From: Patescibacteria group bacterium
GTDB taxonomy: Bacteria > Patescibacteriota > Minisyncoccia > CAIUEV01 > JAHKAQ01
Length of the DNA stretch: 27,246 nucleotides
NCBI GenBank assembly: GCA_018825765.1
Contig: JAHKAQ010000083.1
Location: 1-27,246 of the forward strand
Reading direction: 5' to 3'
Shown here: positions 1-8,793 of the stretch, piece after piece
How the letters are laid out: each line of letters starts with the position of its first letter
Numbering within the stretch: the stretch's first letter is position 1
Made by a program: the position numbers and the translations under genes
Notes under the pieces: generated by a model
Told to the model about the DNA's origin: nothing
What the model saw: only the letters and a program-made list of their open reading frames with translations
Databases searched by the model: none

Positions 1-205
<205 letters not shown>

Positions 206-989
206 AAACAATTGCTACTTCCTACCGTAAGGTAGGATGACAATCCGACTAATAACGGTGAAGCCTTCATTATTTATCTGGCTTTATGAAAAAAGCTTTA
301 TTTACGGTCCATTATAGCTTTGATATATTCAACTCAGGCCAGAAAAATATTAAGGTAATACCGTGGGAAGTTGTTCTAAAATTGATTTAGCGTATATTGC
401 TGGTTTTTTAGATGGCGACGGGAGTTTAATGATACAAATCAAAAAAAGAAACGATAGTAAAAAATATCGTTTCATGCTAACTATTTGTATGTATCAAAAT
501 ACTCGTCACGAAAAACCTTTGTTTTGGATAAAAAATAAACTTGGAATCGGTTATATTAGTAAACGCAATGATAATATTACCGAATTAAGAATCAACGGGT
601 ATAATCAAGTCAAAAAAATATTGACACTACTGATACCTTTTATCAAGTTCAAAAAAATTCAAGCCAAAACATTAATAGAATCAGCAAAATTACTCGAAAA
701 GAAAGAGTTAAAAAAAGCTGACTATCTAAAATTAGTCAATTACATAACTCTAGTTCAATCGACAAATTACACGGCTCGAAAAAAACGAACCAAACAGGAA
801 TTATTTCAAATTTTAGAATTAACCCCGTAACGACTTTATTCCACAATAATATTGGAATAGGATAGTGATAGAAAGAGCAGTTAAGAATGAAAACAAAAAC
901 AATCACTATAATACGTCGGCTCCTGTTTTTTCAAATTTTTAACAGGATGAAGATATAGTCTATACTCCTAGAAATAGGGGACATACGTG
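206..989 (+). mobile_element. Group I self-splicing intron (subgroup IA-like, with P7.1/P7.2), 784 nt, inserted after U2656 of 23S rRNA
   Basis: Removing 206-989 restores CTAGT|ACGAGAGGACC. The 5' exon ends in U and the intron ends in G989. Helices found by eye: P1 UAGU(202-205)/GCUA(214-217) with the U.G pair; P2 ccuacc-GUAA-gguagg (221-236); P3 ccgac(245-249)/gucgg(915-919); P4 acggug(255-260)/uaccgu(359-364); P5 gccuu(263-267)/aaggu(352-356); P6 ggg(365-367)/ccc(824-826); P7 gacu(832-835)/aguc(957-960); P7.1 837-859; P7.2 862-909; P8 921-947; S element AAGAUAUAGUC (950-960); P9 cuccua-GAAA-uagggg (965-980). Confidence 0.96.
363..830 (+). CDS. Intron-encoded single-motif LAGLIDADG homing endonuclease (I-CreI-like, presumably homodimeric), in loop L6
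   Basis: LAYIAGFLDGDGSL motif, followed by I-CreI-like YQ, LGIGYI and LIPFIKFKKIQA segments; 155 aa. GTG 363 is the only canonical start between the in-frame TAA at 351-353 and the motif. Confidence 0.93.
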   Translation: MGSCSKIDLAYIAGFLDGDGSLMIQIKKRNDSKKYRFMLTICMYQNTRHEKPLFWIKNKLGIGYISKRNDNITELRINGYNQVKKILTLLIPFIKFKKIQAKTLIESAKLLEKKELKKADYLKLVNYITLVQSTNYTARKKRTKQELFQILELTP

Positions 990-1215
990 ACGAGAGGACC
1001 GGGGTGAACCGACCTCTGGTGTACCAGCTGTTCCTGCCAAGGGCAACGCTGGGTAGCTATAGTCGGGTGTGGATAAGCGCTGAAAGCATATAAGCGCGAA
1101 GCCCAACCCAAGATTAGGTTTAGATCTCCTCAAAGACTATGAGGTTGATAGGACGCAGGTGTAAGAACAGTAATGTTTTCTAGCCGAGCGTTACTAATAG
1201 ATCGTTACCGCTTTT
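990..1215 (+). rRNA. rrl: 23S rRNA, 3' exon (about E. coli 2657 to the 3' end; end approximate)
   Basis: ACGAGAGGACCGG (SRL 3' half), GGATAAGCGCTGAAAGCATATAAGCGCGAAGCC (H97), GTTGATAGG, GGTGTAAG...GTAAT (H101), TACTAATAGATCG. The mature 3' end is uncertain by a few nt. Confidence 0.95.
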
Positions 1216-1265
1216 TGAATGGTTTTTAGCTAATTTATGAAATTTAGCCCGATAATATAACTTTT

Positions 1266-1295
1266 ACAAAAAAGCCCGCGCGCGGGCTTTTTTGT
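1266..1295. terminator. Intrinsic (probably bidirectional) terminator ending the rRNA transcript
   Basis: ACAAAAAAGCCCGCG|CGCGGGCTTTTTTGT: GC stem flanked by A6 and T6 tracts, about 50 nt after the 23S 3' end. Confidence 0.85.
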
Positions 1296-1310
1296 TTTGT
1301 TTTTTCCTTT

Positions 1311-1339
1311 TTGCCTTAAATTTTTATTCGCACTATAAT
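1311..1339 (+). promoter_or_regulatory. Sigma70-type promoter for the htrA-antiporter-gltX-ileS-recO run
   Basis: TTGCCT (1311-1316), 17-bp spacer, TATAAT (1334-1339), just after the terminator. Confidence 0.7.
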
Positions 1340-1401
1340 AACTCATATGCTTTTTACCATTTTTTTCACCTGACAAAAATCAGCTTAATTCTCAAAAACC
1401 A

Positions 1402-2658
1402 ATGAAAAATATAGAAAAAAACAGCGATATTATTAAAAAAACCGTCATCTTGAGTCTTTTTACCTCCATGATCGTGGGCGGAACTTTTGGTTTCTTAGTC
1501 TCAACCGCCACTTTTAAGTTCTTTCGCGCCGACTCAGATCCAAATAATTCCGGAATCTTAAAAAAACTGGAACAGGCCGCTCAAAACAAATTTAATCCCA
1601 ATCAAAGCACAATCACCGATGTGGTAGAAAAAACCAATCCGGCCGTCGTGAGCATCATTATCTCCAAAGATATGCCTATAATCGAAAGATATTGGGGCAG
1701 TCCCTTTGGAACTTTCAAGGATTTCTTCCCCTCATTTGGATCCGGCGCCCAGGATCCAGAACAGGGCCAAACCCAGAAACAGGAAATTGGCGGCGGGAGC
1801 GGCTTTCTAATTTCTCCTGACGGTTATGTGGTTACTAATAGACATGTTATCTTTGATCCGCAGGCCGAATACACGATCTTAACCAATGACGAAAAAAAAT
1901 ACCCGGCCCGTATTCTGGATAGTGATTCATTAAACGATATCGCCGTGCTGAAAATAGATCCGCCTCAAAATTCTGAAAAATTTCCCTATCTTGAACTGGG
2001 GGATTCAGATCAGTTAAAAGTTGGCCAAACTGTTATCGCTATCGGCAACTCATTGGGAGAATTTAGAAATACAGTCTCTTTGGGTATTGTGTCCGGGCTG
2101 CACCGCAATATCACCACCGGCGGCGGGTTTGAACAGGCGGAAAATTTAAGCAAGCTCATCCAAACCGACGCGGCCATCAACCAGGGAAATTCCGGCGGCC
2201 CGCTGCTTGATATTAACGGACAGGTAATTGGCATTAACGTGGCTAAAGCTTCAGGCGCTGATAATATCGGCTTTGCTCTGCCAATAAATCCAATAAAAAC
2301 AATCATTGATACAATAAAAAACCAGGGTAGAATTATCCGGCCGTATATTGGCATCAGATATATCCTGAATAACAAAAACATCGCCCAACAAAACAATCTT
2401 CCTTATGATTACGGCGCTCTAATTTTAAGAGGAGAAACCATAAACGACCTGGCCGTCGTCCCGGGCTCGCCAGCCGACAAAGCGGGATTAAGGGAAAATG
2501 ACCTTATTCTTGAACTTGACGGCCAAAAAATCACTGACCAAAACACGCCCTCTGAAGTAATTTATGTTAAAAAACCCGGTGAACAAATGAAGGTCAAGGT
2601 CTGGAGCCAGGGAGAAATAAAAAACCTTAAAATAATTTTAGCGGAAAGCGGAAAATAA
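1402..2658 (+). CDS. htrA: HtrA/DegP-family trypsin-like serine protease with N-terminal membrane anchor and one PDZ domain
   Basis: Catalytic triad motifs TNRHV, DIAVLKI and GNSGGPL; GSGFLIS; QTDAAINQG; C-terminal PDZ (VVPGSPADKAGLRENDLILELDG). Confidence 0.93.
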   Translation: MKNIEKNSDIIKKTVILSLFTSMIVGGTFGFLVSTATFKFFRADSDPNNSGILKKLEQAAQNKFNPNQSTITDVVEKTNPAVVSIIISKDMPIIERYWGSPFGTFKDFFPSFGSGAQDPEQGQTQKQEIGGGSGFLISPDGYVVTNRHVIFDPQAEYTILTNDEKKYPARILDSDSLNDIAVLKIDPPQNSEKFPYLELGDSDQLKVGQTVIAIGNSLGEFRNTVSLGIVSGLHRNITTGGGFEQAENLSKLIQTDAAINQGNSGGPLLDINGQVIGINVAKASGADNIGFALPINPIKTIIDTIKNQGRIIRPYIGIRYILNNKNIAQQNNLPYDYGALILRGETINDLAVVPGSPADKAGLRENDLILELDGQKITDQNTPSEVIYVKKPGEQMKVKVWSQGEIKNLKIILAESGK

Positions 2659-2677
2659 ATAAAAAAATATATTATAA

Positions 2678-3631
2678 ATGCTCGTCTACCTCTTATTCTT
2701 CGTTGGTTTTGTTATTTTAATAAAAGGCGCGGATCTTTTAGTTGACGGCTCCTCGGCCATCGCCAAAAGATTAAAAATTTCCGACCTTATTATCGGACTC
2801 ACTATTGTTTCTTTCGGCACGTCAGCCCCGGAACTGATTGTTAATATTTTCGCTGGACTTTCAGGACACAATGACTTGGCTATCGGCAACATCTTCGGCT
2901 CTAATATTGCGAACGTATTTTTAATTCTTGGAATATCCGCCCTTATTTTCCCTCTGGACATTGACAGAAACACTTCATGGAGGCAAATTCCCTTTGCCCT
3001 TCTAGCCACCCTGCTTGTCGGTTTCCTGGCCAATGACTATATTTTATTTCATCACAATCTCTCTCAAATATCCAGAATAGACGGCTTAATTCTTCTGATT
3101 TCTTTCTTTATTTTTATCTCTTACACCTTTGGTATCGCCAAAATCCGCGGAAAAAACAAGCCGCTTATTAAAAAATTAGATCCTCCAAAAGCAATTATCT
3201 ATATTATCCTGGGGTTAATCGCTCTGGGACTGGGCGGCAGGTGGATTGTAAGCGGAGCCACCCATATCGCCCAGCATTTTGGTATGAGTCAATCCCTAAT
3301 CGGCCTTACAATAATAGCCATTGGAACCTCCTTGCCTGAATTAGCCACGTCAGCTTTCGCCGCCTACAAAAAAAATTCAGAAATAGCTGTGGGAAACATT
3401 GTAGGCTCCAACATCTTTAACCTTCTCTGGATTCTTGGTCTGGGCTCTATCCTAAGCCCCATTGTCTATAACCCGGCCTCTAATATTGATCTTTACATGG
3501 TAATTTTATCCAGTTTTGTGCTTTTTTGCTTTATTTTTATTGGAAAAAAGAATATTCTAGAAAGATGGCAGGGTGGCTTATTTATCTTAATTTACGCGAC
3601 CTACCTGATATTTTTAATATTCAAAGGATAA
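2678..3631 (+). CDS. Calcium/sodium antiporter (CaCA family, YrbG-like)
   Basis: Two alpha repeats GTSAPEL...GNIFGSNIAN and GTSLPEL...GNIVGSNIFN; about 10 hydrophobic segments. Confidence 0.92.
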   Translation: MLVYLLFFVGFVILIKGADLLVDGSSAIAKRLKISDLIIGLTIVSFGTSAPELIVNIFAGLSGHNDLAIGNIFGSNIANVFLILGISALIFPLDIDRNTSWRQIPFALLATLLVGFLANDYILFHHNLSQISRIDGLILLISFFIFISYTFGIAKIRGKNKPLIKKLDPPKAIIYIILGLIALGLGGRWIVSGATHIAQHFGMSQSLIGLTIIAIGTSLPELATSAFAAYKKNSEIAVGNIVGSNIFNLLWILGLGSILSPIVYNPASNIDLYMVILSSFVLFCFIFIGKKNILERWQGGLFILIYATYLIFLIFKG

Positions 3632-3635
3632 TCTT

Positions 3636-5093
3636 ATGTTAATTCGCACTCGCATCGCTCCTTCTCCTACGGGCTTTATGCACATCGGAACGCTTCGCAC
3701 CGCTCTTACGAATTACCTTTTTTCTAAAAAGCGCAAAGGCCGCTTTATAATCCGCCTGGAAGACACGGACAGAACCCGGCTTGTTCCTGAATCAGAACAA
3801 GACATAATCCGGTCGTTAAAATGGGCCAGGTTAACCTGGGATGAAGGAATTGACTTTAATCAAGAACAAAAAATAATAGAAAAGGGAAGCCATGGCCCCT
3901 ATGTCCAATCAAAAAGACTCAAAATCTACAATAAATACGCCCGGGAACTGCTCAAAAAAGACCACGCCTACTATTGCTTCTGCACCAAAAAATGCCTGGA
4001 AAAAATGAAAAACGAGCAACAAAAACTAAAACAACCTCCGCGCTATGATAAACGCTGTGCCAATCTTCCCCAAAGCGTAATCAGGGAAAAATTAAAAAGT
4101 AAGCAATCCTTCACTATTCGTCTCAAAATCCCCGCCCAAGGAACCACCCGGTGGCAAGACCTTGTCCGCGGCCCGATTTCTATAGAAAACAAACTAATAG
4201 ACGATCAGGTCCTCATGAAATCAGACGGTTTTCCCACTTATCATTTTGCCGTGGTAATAGACGATCATTTAATGGCCATAACTCACGTGTTGAGAGGCGA
4301 GGAATGGTTGAGTTCCACGCCCAAACACCTGCTCCTATACCAGGCTTTTGGCTGGCGGCCCCCTAAATTCGGACATCTTCCGCAGCTTCTTAACGTCAAC
4401 GGCAAAAAACTAAGCAAAAGAGACGGGGACGTGGCTGTGCGAGACTTCATAAAAAAAGGCTACCTGCCTCACGCCTTAATCAATTTCATCGCTCTTTTAG
4501 GCTGGAATCCTAAAACCACCCAGGAAATTTTCTCTTTAAAAGAACTGATAAAGCAATTTGACCTAAAAAAAATAAACAAGGCCGGCGCCAAATTCGATTA
4601 TAACCGTCTTAACTGGTTCAACGCTCGCTACATCAAAAGCCTGAAAACAAAGGAACTGTTAAAATTATCCCAACCTTTTATAAAAAACCTTAAGCTTCCA
4701 GCTAAAAAAATCGAAAAAATACTTTTTATTCAAAAAGAACGCCTAAGCCGGCTCAAAGATATCACAAAAGACATTCCTTTTCTGATTGAGAAACAAATTA
4801 GCTACCCCAAAGAACTGCTTGCCTGGAAAAATCAGTCTAACGAGCAGATCCAAGAAAATCTCCAAAAAGCCCGGATAATCATTTCATCTATTGACATTAA
4901 AAACTTTTCCTTGGATAATATTCAAAACAAATTATTAAAAGCCGGCGGCGAAAAAAGAGGGGAGCTTCTCTGGCCGCTCCGCGTCGCCCTAAGCGGCCAA
5001 AAACAAAGCCCCAGCCCATTCGAATGCGCCTGGGTGCTTGGGAAAAAGCAAACCCTAAAAAGGATCGAACAAGCCATAATATCGCTAAAATAA
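3636..5093 (+). CDS. gltX: Glutamate--tRNA ligase
   Basis: RTRIAPSPTGFMHIGT, RLEDTD, HVLRGEEW, KLSKR, LLGWNP motifs; C-terminal anticodon domain (LWPLRVALSG). Confidence 0.97.
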   Translation: MLIRTRIAPSPTGFMHIGTLRTALTNYLFSKKRKGRFIIRLEDTDRTRLVPESEQDIIRSLKWARLTWDEGIDFNQEQKIIEKGSHGPYVQSKRLKIYNKYARELLKKDHAYYCFCTKKCLEKMKNEQQKLKQPPRYDKRCANLPQSVIREKLKSKQSFTIRLKIPAQGTTRWQDLVRGPISIENKLIDDQVLMKSDGFPTYHFAVVIDDHLMAITHVLRGEEWLSSTPKHLLLYQAFGWRPPKFGHLPQLLNVNGKKLSKRDGDVAVRDFIKKGYLPHALINFIALLGWNPKTTQEIFSLKELIKQFDLKKINKAGAKFDYNRLNWFNARYIKSLKTKELLKLSQPFIKNLKLPAKKIEKILFIQKERLSRLKDITKDIPFLIEKQISYPKELLAWKNQSNEQIQENLQKARIIISSIDIKNFSLDNIQNKLLKAGGEKRGELLWPLRVALSGQKQSPSPFECAWVLGKKQTLKRIEQAIISLK

Positions 5094-5100
5094 CACCCTC

Positions 5101-8031
5101 ATGTTCAAACCCGTTGACCCTCGCCAGGACCTAAATCAGCTGGAAAAAGACATTCTAGAATCCTGGAAGGAAAACAAAACCTTTGAGCGCTCCATTCAAA
5201 ACCGCCGCGCCGCGCCGGTTTACAGTTTTTTCGACGGCCCTCCGTTCGCCACCGGCGTGCCTCACTTTGGCACTCTTCTCTCATCAGTGGCCAAAGACGT
5301 GATTCCCCGCTACTGGACCATGAAAGGCTTTCGCGTTGACCGCCGTTGGGGTTGGGATTGCCATGGCCTCCCGGCCGAACACCTGGTTGAAAAAAAACTC
5401 GGCATCAACTCCAAAAATGAAATCGAAAACAAAATCGGCATTGAAAAATTCAATAAAGAATGTTGCGAAACAGTAAACCAAATGGCCGACGAATGGGAAA
5501 TCCTAATCGACCGCGTCGGCCGCTGGGTTGATTACAAAAACGCTTACCGCACCATGGATAAAGAATACATGGAATCTGTCTGGTGGGCTTTCAAAGAGCT
5601 ATACCAAAAAGACCTGATCTATGAAGACGTGCGCATTTCTCTTTATTGCCCGCGCTGTGAAACGCCGCTGGCCAATTTCGAAATCGCCATGGACAACAGC
5701 TACCAGGAAGTAAGCGACCCTTCAGTTTTTGTTAAATTTAAAATAACCGACGGCTCTTTCAGGGAAAACACCTTGCTTGTCTGGACCACTACCCCCTGGA
5801 CCTTGCCGGCCAATACCGCTTTAGCCGTGGGCCAGGATATAACTTATGTTCGTATAAAAACCGACAAACGGGAAACCTTGATTATCGCCAAAGACAGACT
5901 CGATGAATTAAAAAGCAAACACGCGGTGTTAGAGGAAATAAAAGGCAGCGACCTAAAAGGCGCCTCTTACAGTCCTCCTTTCCCTGAATTTGCGGCCAAA
6001 GGAGGCAAAACCAAACATCTTCATAAAATCTGGACCGCGGATTTCGTCTCTACCCAGGAAGGTTCCGGTATTGTGCACATCGCTCCAGCTTTCGGCCAGG
6101 ACGATTTCAATCTTTCCCAGAAAAATGACATTCCAGTTATTGAAAATATCGATTCAACCGGCCGTTTTATTCAGGGAAAATGGCAGGGAAAACGCGTCTG
6201 GCAAGCTAATGCTAAAATTATTCACTACTTAAAAGAAAAAAAGATTTTATACAAAAAAAAGAATATTACTCACTCCTATCCTTTTTGCCACCGCTGTCAC
6301 ACTAAATTAATCTACAAAACCCAGCCAGCCTGGTATGTAAATATTGAAAAACTAAGAAAAAAACTTTTAGATAACAATGAGCAAATAAACTCGCAGCCTC
6401 CGCACTTAAAACACGGACGTTTTAAAAAAAGCGTTCAGGCCGCTCCTGACTGGAATATTTCCCGCGACCGCTATTGGGGCACGGCCATGCCGGTCTGGCG
6501 CTGTGATAAATGTAAAGAAATAAGGGTCATGGGTTCTTACCAGGAACTTTACGAACTAAGCGGCCAGAACCTGGAAGACTATCACCGCCCCTTTATCGAT
6601 CAAGTGGATTTTAAATGCCAGTGCGGCGGCGTCTTTAAGCGCGTCCCCCAGGTTATGGACTGCTGGTTTGAATCCGGATCCATGCCTTACGCCGAACGCC
6701 ATTATCCTTTTGAAAATCAAGAAGATTTTTCCCAAAAATTCCCCACTGACTTTATTTCCGAATACATCTCACAAACCCGCGCCTGGTTTTACGTGCTTCA
6801 CGTTTTAGCCACGGCCCTGTTTGACCAGCCCGCTTTTAAAAACGTCGTTACTACCGGAATAATCACCGGCCAGGACGGCCGTAAAATGTCAAAATCACTG
6901 GGCAACTACACTGATCCTAAAAAAATTCTGGATCAATACGGCGCCGACGCTCTGCGCTTCTATCTAATGAGTTCTCCAATCATGGAAGCCAAAAACATCA
7001 ATTTCAACGATAAGGATATCGCTGAAATCCGCCGCGGCCTTATTTCCACCTTCTGGAATTCATATTCATTTTTTGTGACTTACGCTCTGGTTGATAAATT
7101 CGACCCCAATGAACCTCAAAAAATAATCAATGAAAATTCCCAAAATATCCTGGATCGCTGGATTATTTCCGAGCTGAATTTTTTAATTAAAAAATTCCAG
7201 AAGAAAATGGATAGCTACCAAATCGCCCGGGCCGCCCGTTTAATTCCTGAATTTTGCGACAAATTATCCAACTGGTATATCCGGAGATCCCGCCGCCGCT
7301 TCTGGAAATCAAAAAATGACCAGAACAAAAAACACGCTTACGAAACTTTATGGCAAGTACTGGTAAAATTTTCCCAGGTTATGGCTCCCTTCTTACCTTT
7401 TATTTCAGAAAACGTGTATAAAAACCTGACCAGCGAAGAATCCGTGCACCTTTCTAAATTCCCCGAAGCTGACGAAAAACTTATCGACCAAAATCTGGCC
7501 AAAAACATGGAAAAAACACGAAAAACAGTAAAAATCGCCCTGGGATTAAGAGCCAGGCAGGGGATAAAAACCCGTCAACCCCTTTCCAGGCTCTGCATAA
7601 ACCAAAAAAATTTAGTGGAGGATCTGGATTTTAAGAAAATAATCCAGGACGAAGTAAACATTAAAGATCTCTATTATCTTGAAGATCAGGATTTTAAAAA
7701 GAAGGAAAATCTTATCACGGCCCAGGAGGATCAGATAATTGCCGGACTTAACCCCAAAATCACCCTGGCCTTAAAAAATGAAGGCTATGCCCGTGAAATC
7801 ATAAGAAACATCCAGGAGATGCGCCGAAAAGCTGATTTTTCAGTAGATGACCGAATAAAAATCGCCTACCAGGGCGGTAACTCCATCTTTAATGGCTTTG
7901 GCTATCTGATTGCCCGGGAAACCCTGGCCAAAGAATTAAAAATGGGTAAATTAAAAAAACCAAAAATAAAAAACAAAATAAAGCTGGAAAATAAAACCAT
8001 TATTATTGAACTGGAAAACATTAAAGCTTAA
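5101..8031 (+). CDS. ileS: Isoleucine--tRNA ligase, type 2 (eukaryote/archaea-like)
   Basis: FDGPPFATGVPHFGT, GWDCHGLP, WTTTPWTLP, WNISRDRYWG, WFESGSMPYA, KMSKS; type-2 C-terminus (EGYAREIIRNIQEMRRKADF). Confidence 0.97.
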   Translation: MFKPVDPRQDLNQLEKDILESWKENKTFERSIQNRRAAPVYSFFDGPPFATGVPHFGTLLSSVAKDVIPRYWTMKGFRVDRRWGWDCHGLPAEHLVEKKLGINSKNEIENKIGIEKFNKECCETVNQMADEWEILIDRVGRWVDYKNAYRTMDKEYMESVWWAFKELYQKDLIYEDVRISLYCPRCETPLANFEIAMDNSYQEVSDPSVFVKFKITDGSFRENTLLVWTTTPWTLPANTALAVGQDITYVRIKTDKRETLIIAKDRLDELKSKHAVLEEIKGSDLKGASYSPPFPEFAAKGGKTKHLHKIWTADFVSTQEGSGIVHIAPAFGQDDFNLSQKNDIPVIENIDSTGRFIQGKWQGKRVWQANAKIIHYLKEKKILYKKKNITHSYPFCHRCHTKLIYKTQPAWYVNIEKLRKKLLDNNEQINSQPPHLKHGRFKKSVQAAPDWNISRDRYWGTAMPVWRCDKCKEIRVMGSYQELYELSGQNLEDYHRPFIDQVDFKCQCGGVFKRVPQVMDCWFESGSMPYAERHYPFENQEDFSQKFPTDFISEYISQTRAWFYVLHVLATALFDQPAFKNVVTTGIITGQDGRKMSKSLGNYTDPKKILDQYGADALRFYLMSSPIMEAKNINFNDKDIAEIRRGLISTFWNSYSFFVTYALVDKFDPNEPQKIINENSQNILDRWIISELNFLIKKFQKKMDSYQIARAARLIPEFCDKLSNWYIRRSRRRFWKSKNDQNKKHAYETLWQVLVKFSQVMAPFLPFISENVYKNLTSEESVHLSKFPEADEKLIDQNLAKNMEKTRKTVKIALGLRARQGIKTRQPLSRLCINQKNLVEDLDFKKIIQDEVNIKDLYYLEDQDFKKKENLITAQEDQIIAGLNPKITLALKNEGYAREIIRNIQEMRRKADFSVDDRIKIAYQGGNSIFNGFGYLIARETLAKELKMGKLKKPKIKNKIKLENKTIIIELENIKA

Positions 8032-8042
8032 CCGTTCCTGTC

Positions 8043-8771
8043 ATGGCCCAGACTCTGCTTACCCGCTCAATTATTTTAGCTAAATTTAACGTTGGCGATT
8101 ATGACAACGCCTATCTTGCCCTTTCCCGAGACTACGGACGCCTGCGACTCTTCGCCAAAAGCTCAAGAAAGCCAAAAGCTAAATTAAGCGCTCATCTTGA
8201 ACCTGGAACATTTGTTTCTACCTGGTTTGTTCCTCGTTTTAACCGCGACAACTATTTAATTGTCGGCGCCAAAACAATTTTTAAACCCAACTTCCATAAA
8301 TTATCCAGCAATCAGAATAAAACAATTTCCAATACCCTTTTTCTAACCAGAAAACTAACTCAGGAAACAGAAATTGAACCAAACAATATTCAGGCCGGCT
8401 TTAAACTCCTAAAAAACTGCCTGGCGAATTATCTAAAACCTGGAATCTCCGCTAACGACCTTATTCTTTTTCAAACTGCCTATCTCTTAAAACTGCTTAA
8501 TTACGCCGGCTTTAAACCTGACTTCAAAAAATGCATCCACTGCCAGAAAAAAGTTTCCAATAATTCAAAAATCTATTATGATATAATAAATGGGGGAATT
8601 GCTTGTTGCGGCTTGGCGAATTCCCCGATAATCCCTCTTAACTGCTTAAAGCTGGCTAACTTTCTCCTCCTTAATCCCTTTTCGCGCGTCTCTAAATTAA
8701 AAGTCCACGCCCTGCTCGTAAAGAAAGTTTCAGCCATTGCCAAAAACCACTTACGATACTGCGTCGAATAG
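8043..8771 (+). CDS. recO: DNA repair protein RecO
   Basis: N-terminal OB-fold pattern (IILAKFNVGDYD...SRDYGRLRLFAKSSRK), helical middle, C-terminal PDFKKCIHC...GGIACC zinc-finger-like segment; 242 aa. Confidence 0.85.
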   Translation: MAQTLLTRSIILAKFNVGDYDNAYLALSRDYGRLRLFAKSSRKPKAKLSAHLEPGTFVSTWFVPRFNRDNYLIVGAKTIFKPNFHKLSSNQNKTISNTLFLTRKLTQETEIEPNNIQAGFKLLKNCLANYLKPGISANDLILFQTAYLLKLLNYAGFKPDFKKCIHCQKKVSNNSKIYYDIINGGIACCGLANSPIIPLNCLKLANFLLLNPFSRVSKLKVHALLVKKVSAIAKNHLRYCVE

Positions 8772-8793
8772 CCTGTTTTTCAATAAATACAAA

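Noticed and set aside
1216-1265. Possible 5S rRNA or tRNA after 23S
   Set aside because: Only about 50 AT-rich nt, with no 5S or cloverleaf motifs.
2010-6232. Antisense or alternate-frame ORFs 2010-2396, 2686-3033, 4151-4366, 5284-5481 and 5990-6232
   Set aside because: Shadows of strongly supported genes (htrA, antiporter, gltX, ileS); no recognisable motifs.
8737-8793. Track start for the large membrane protein
   Set aside because: Non-ATG start overlapping the recO 3' end; ATG 8794 gives a normal 22-nt gap.
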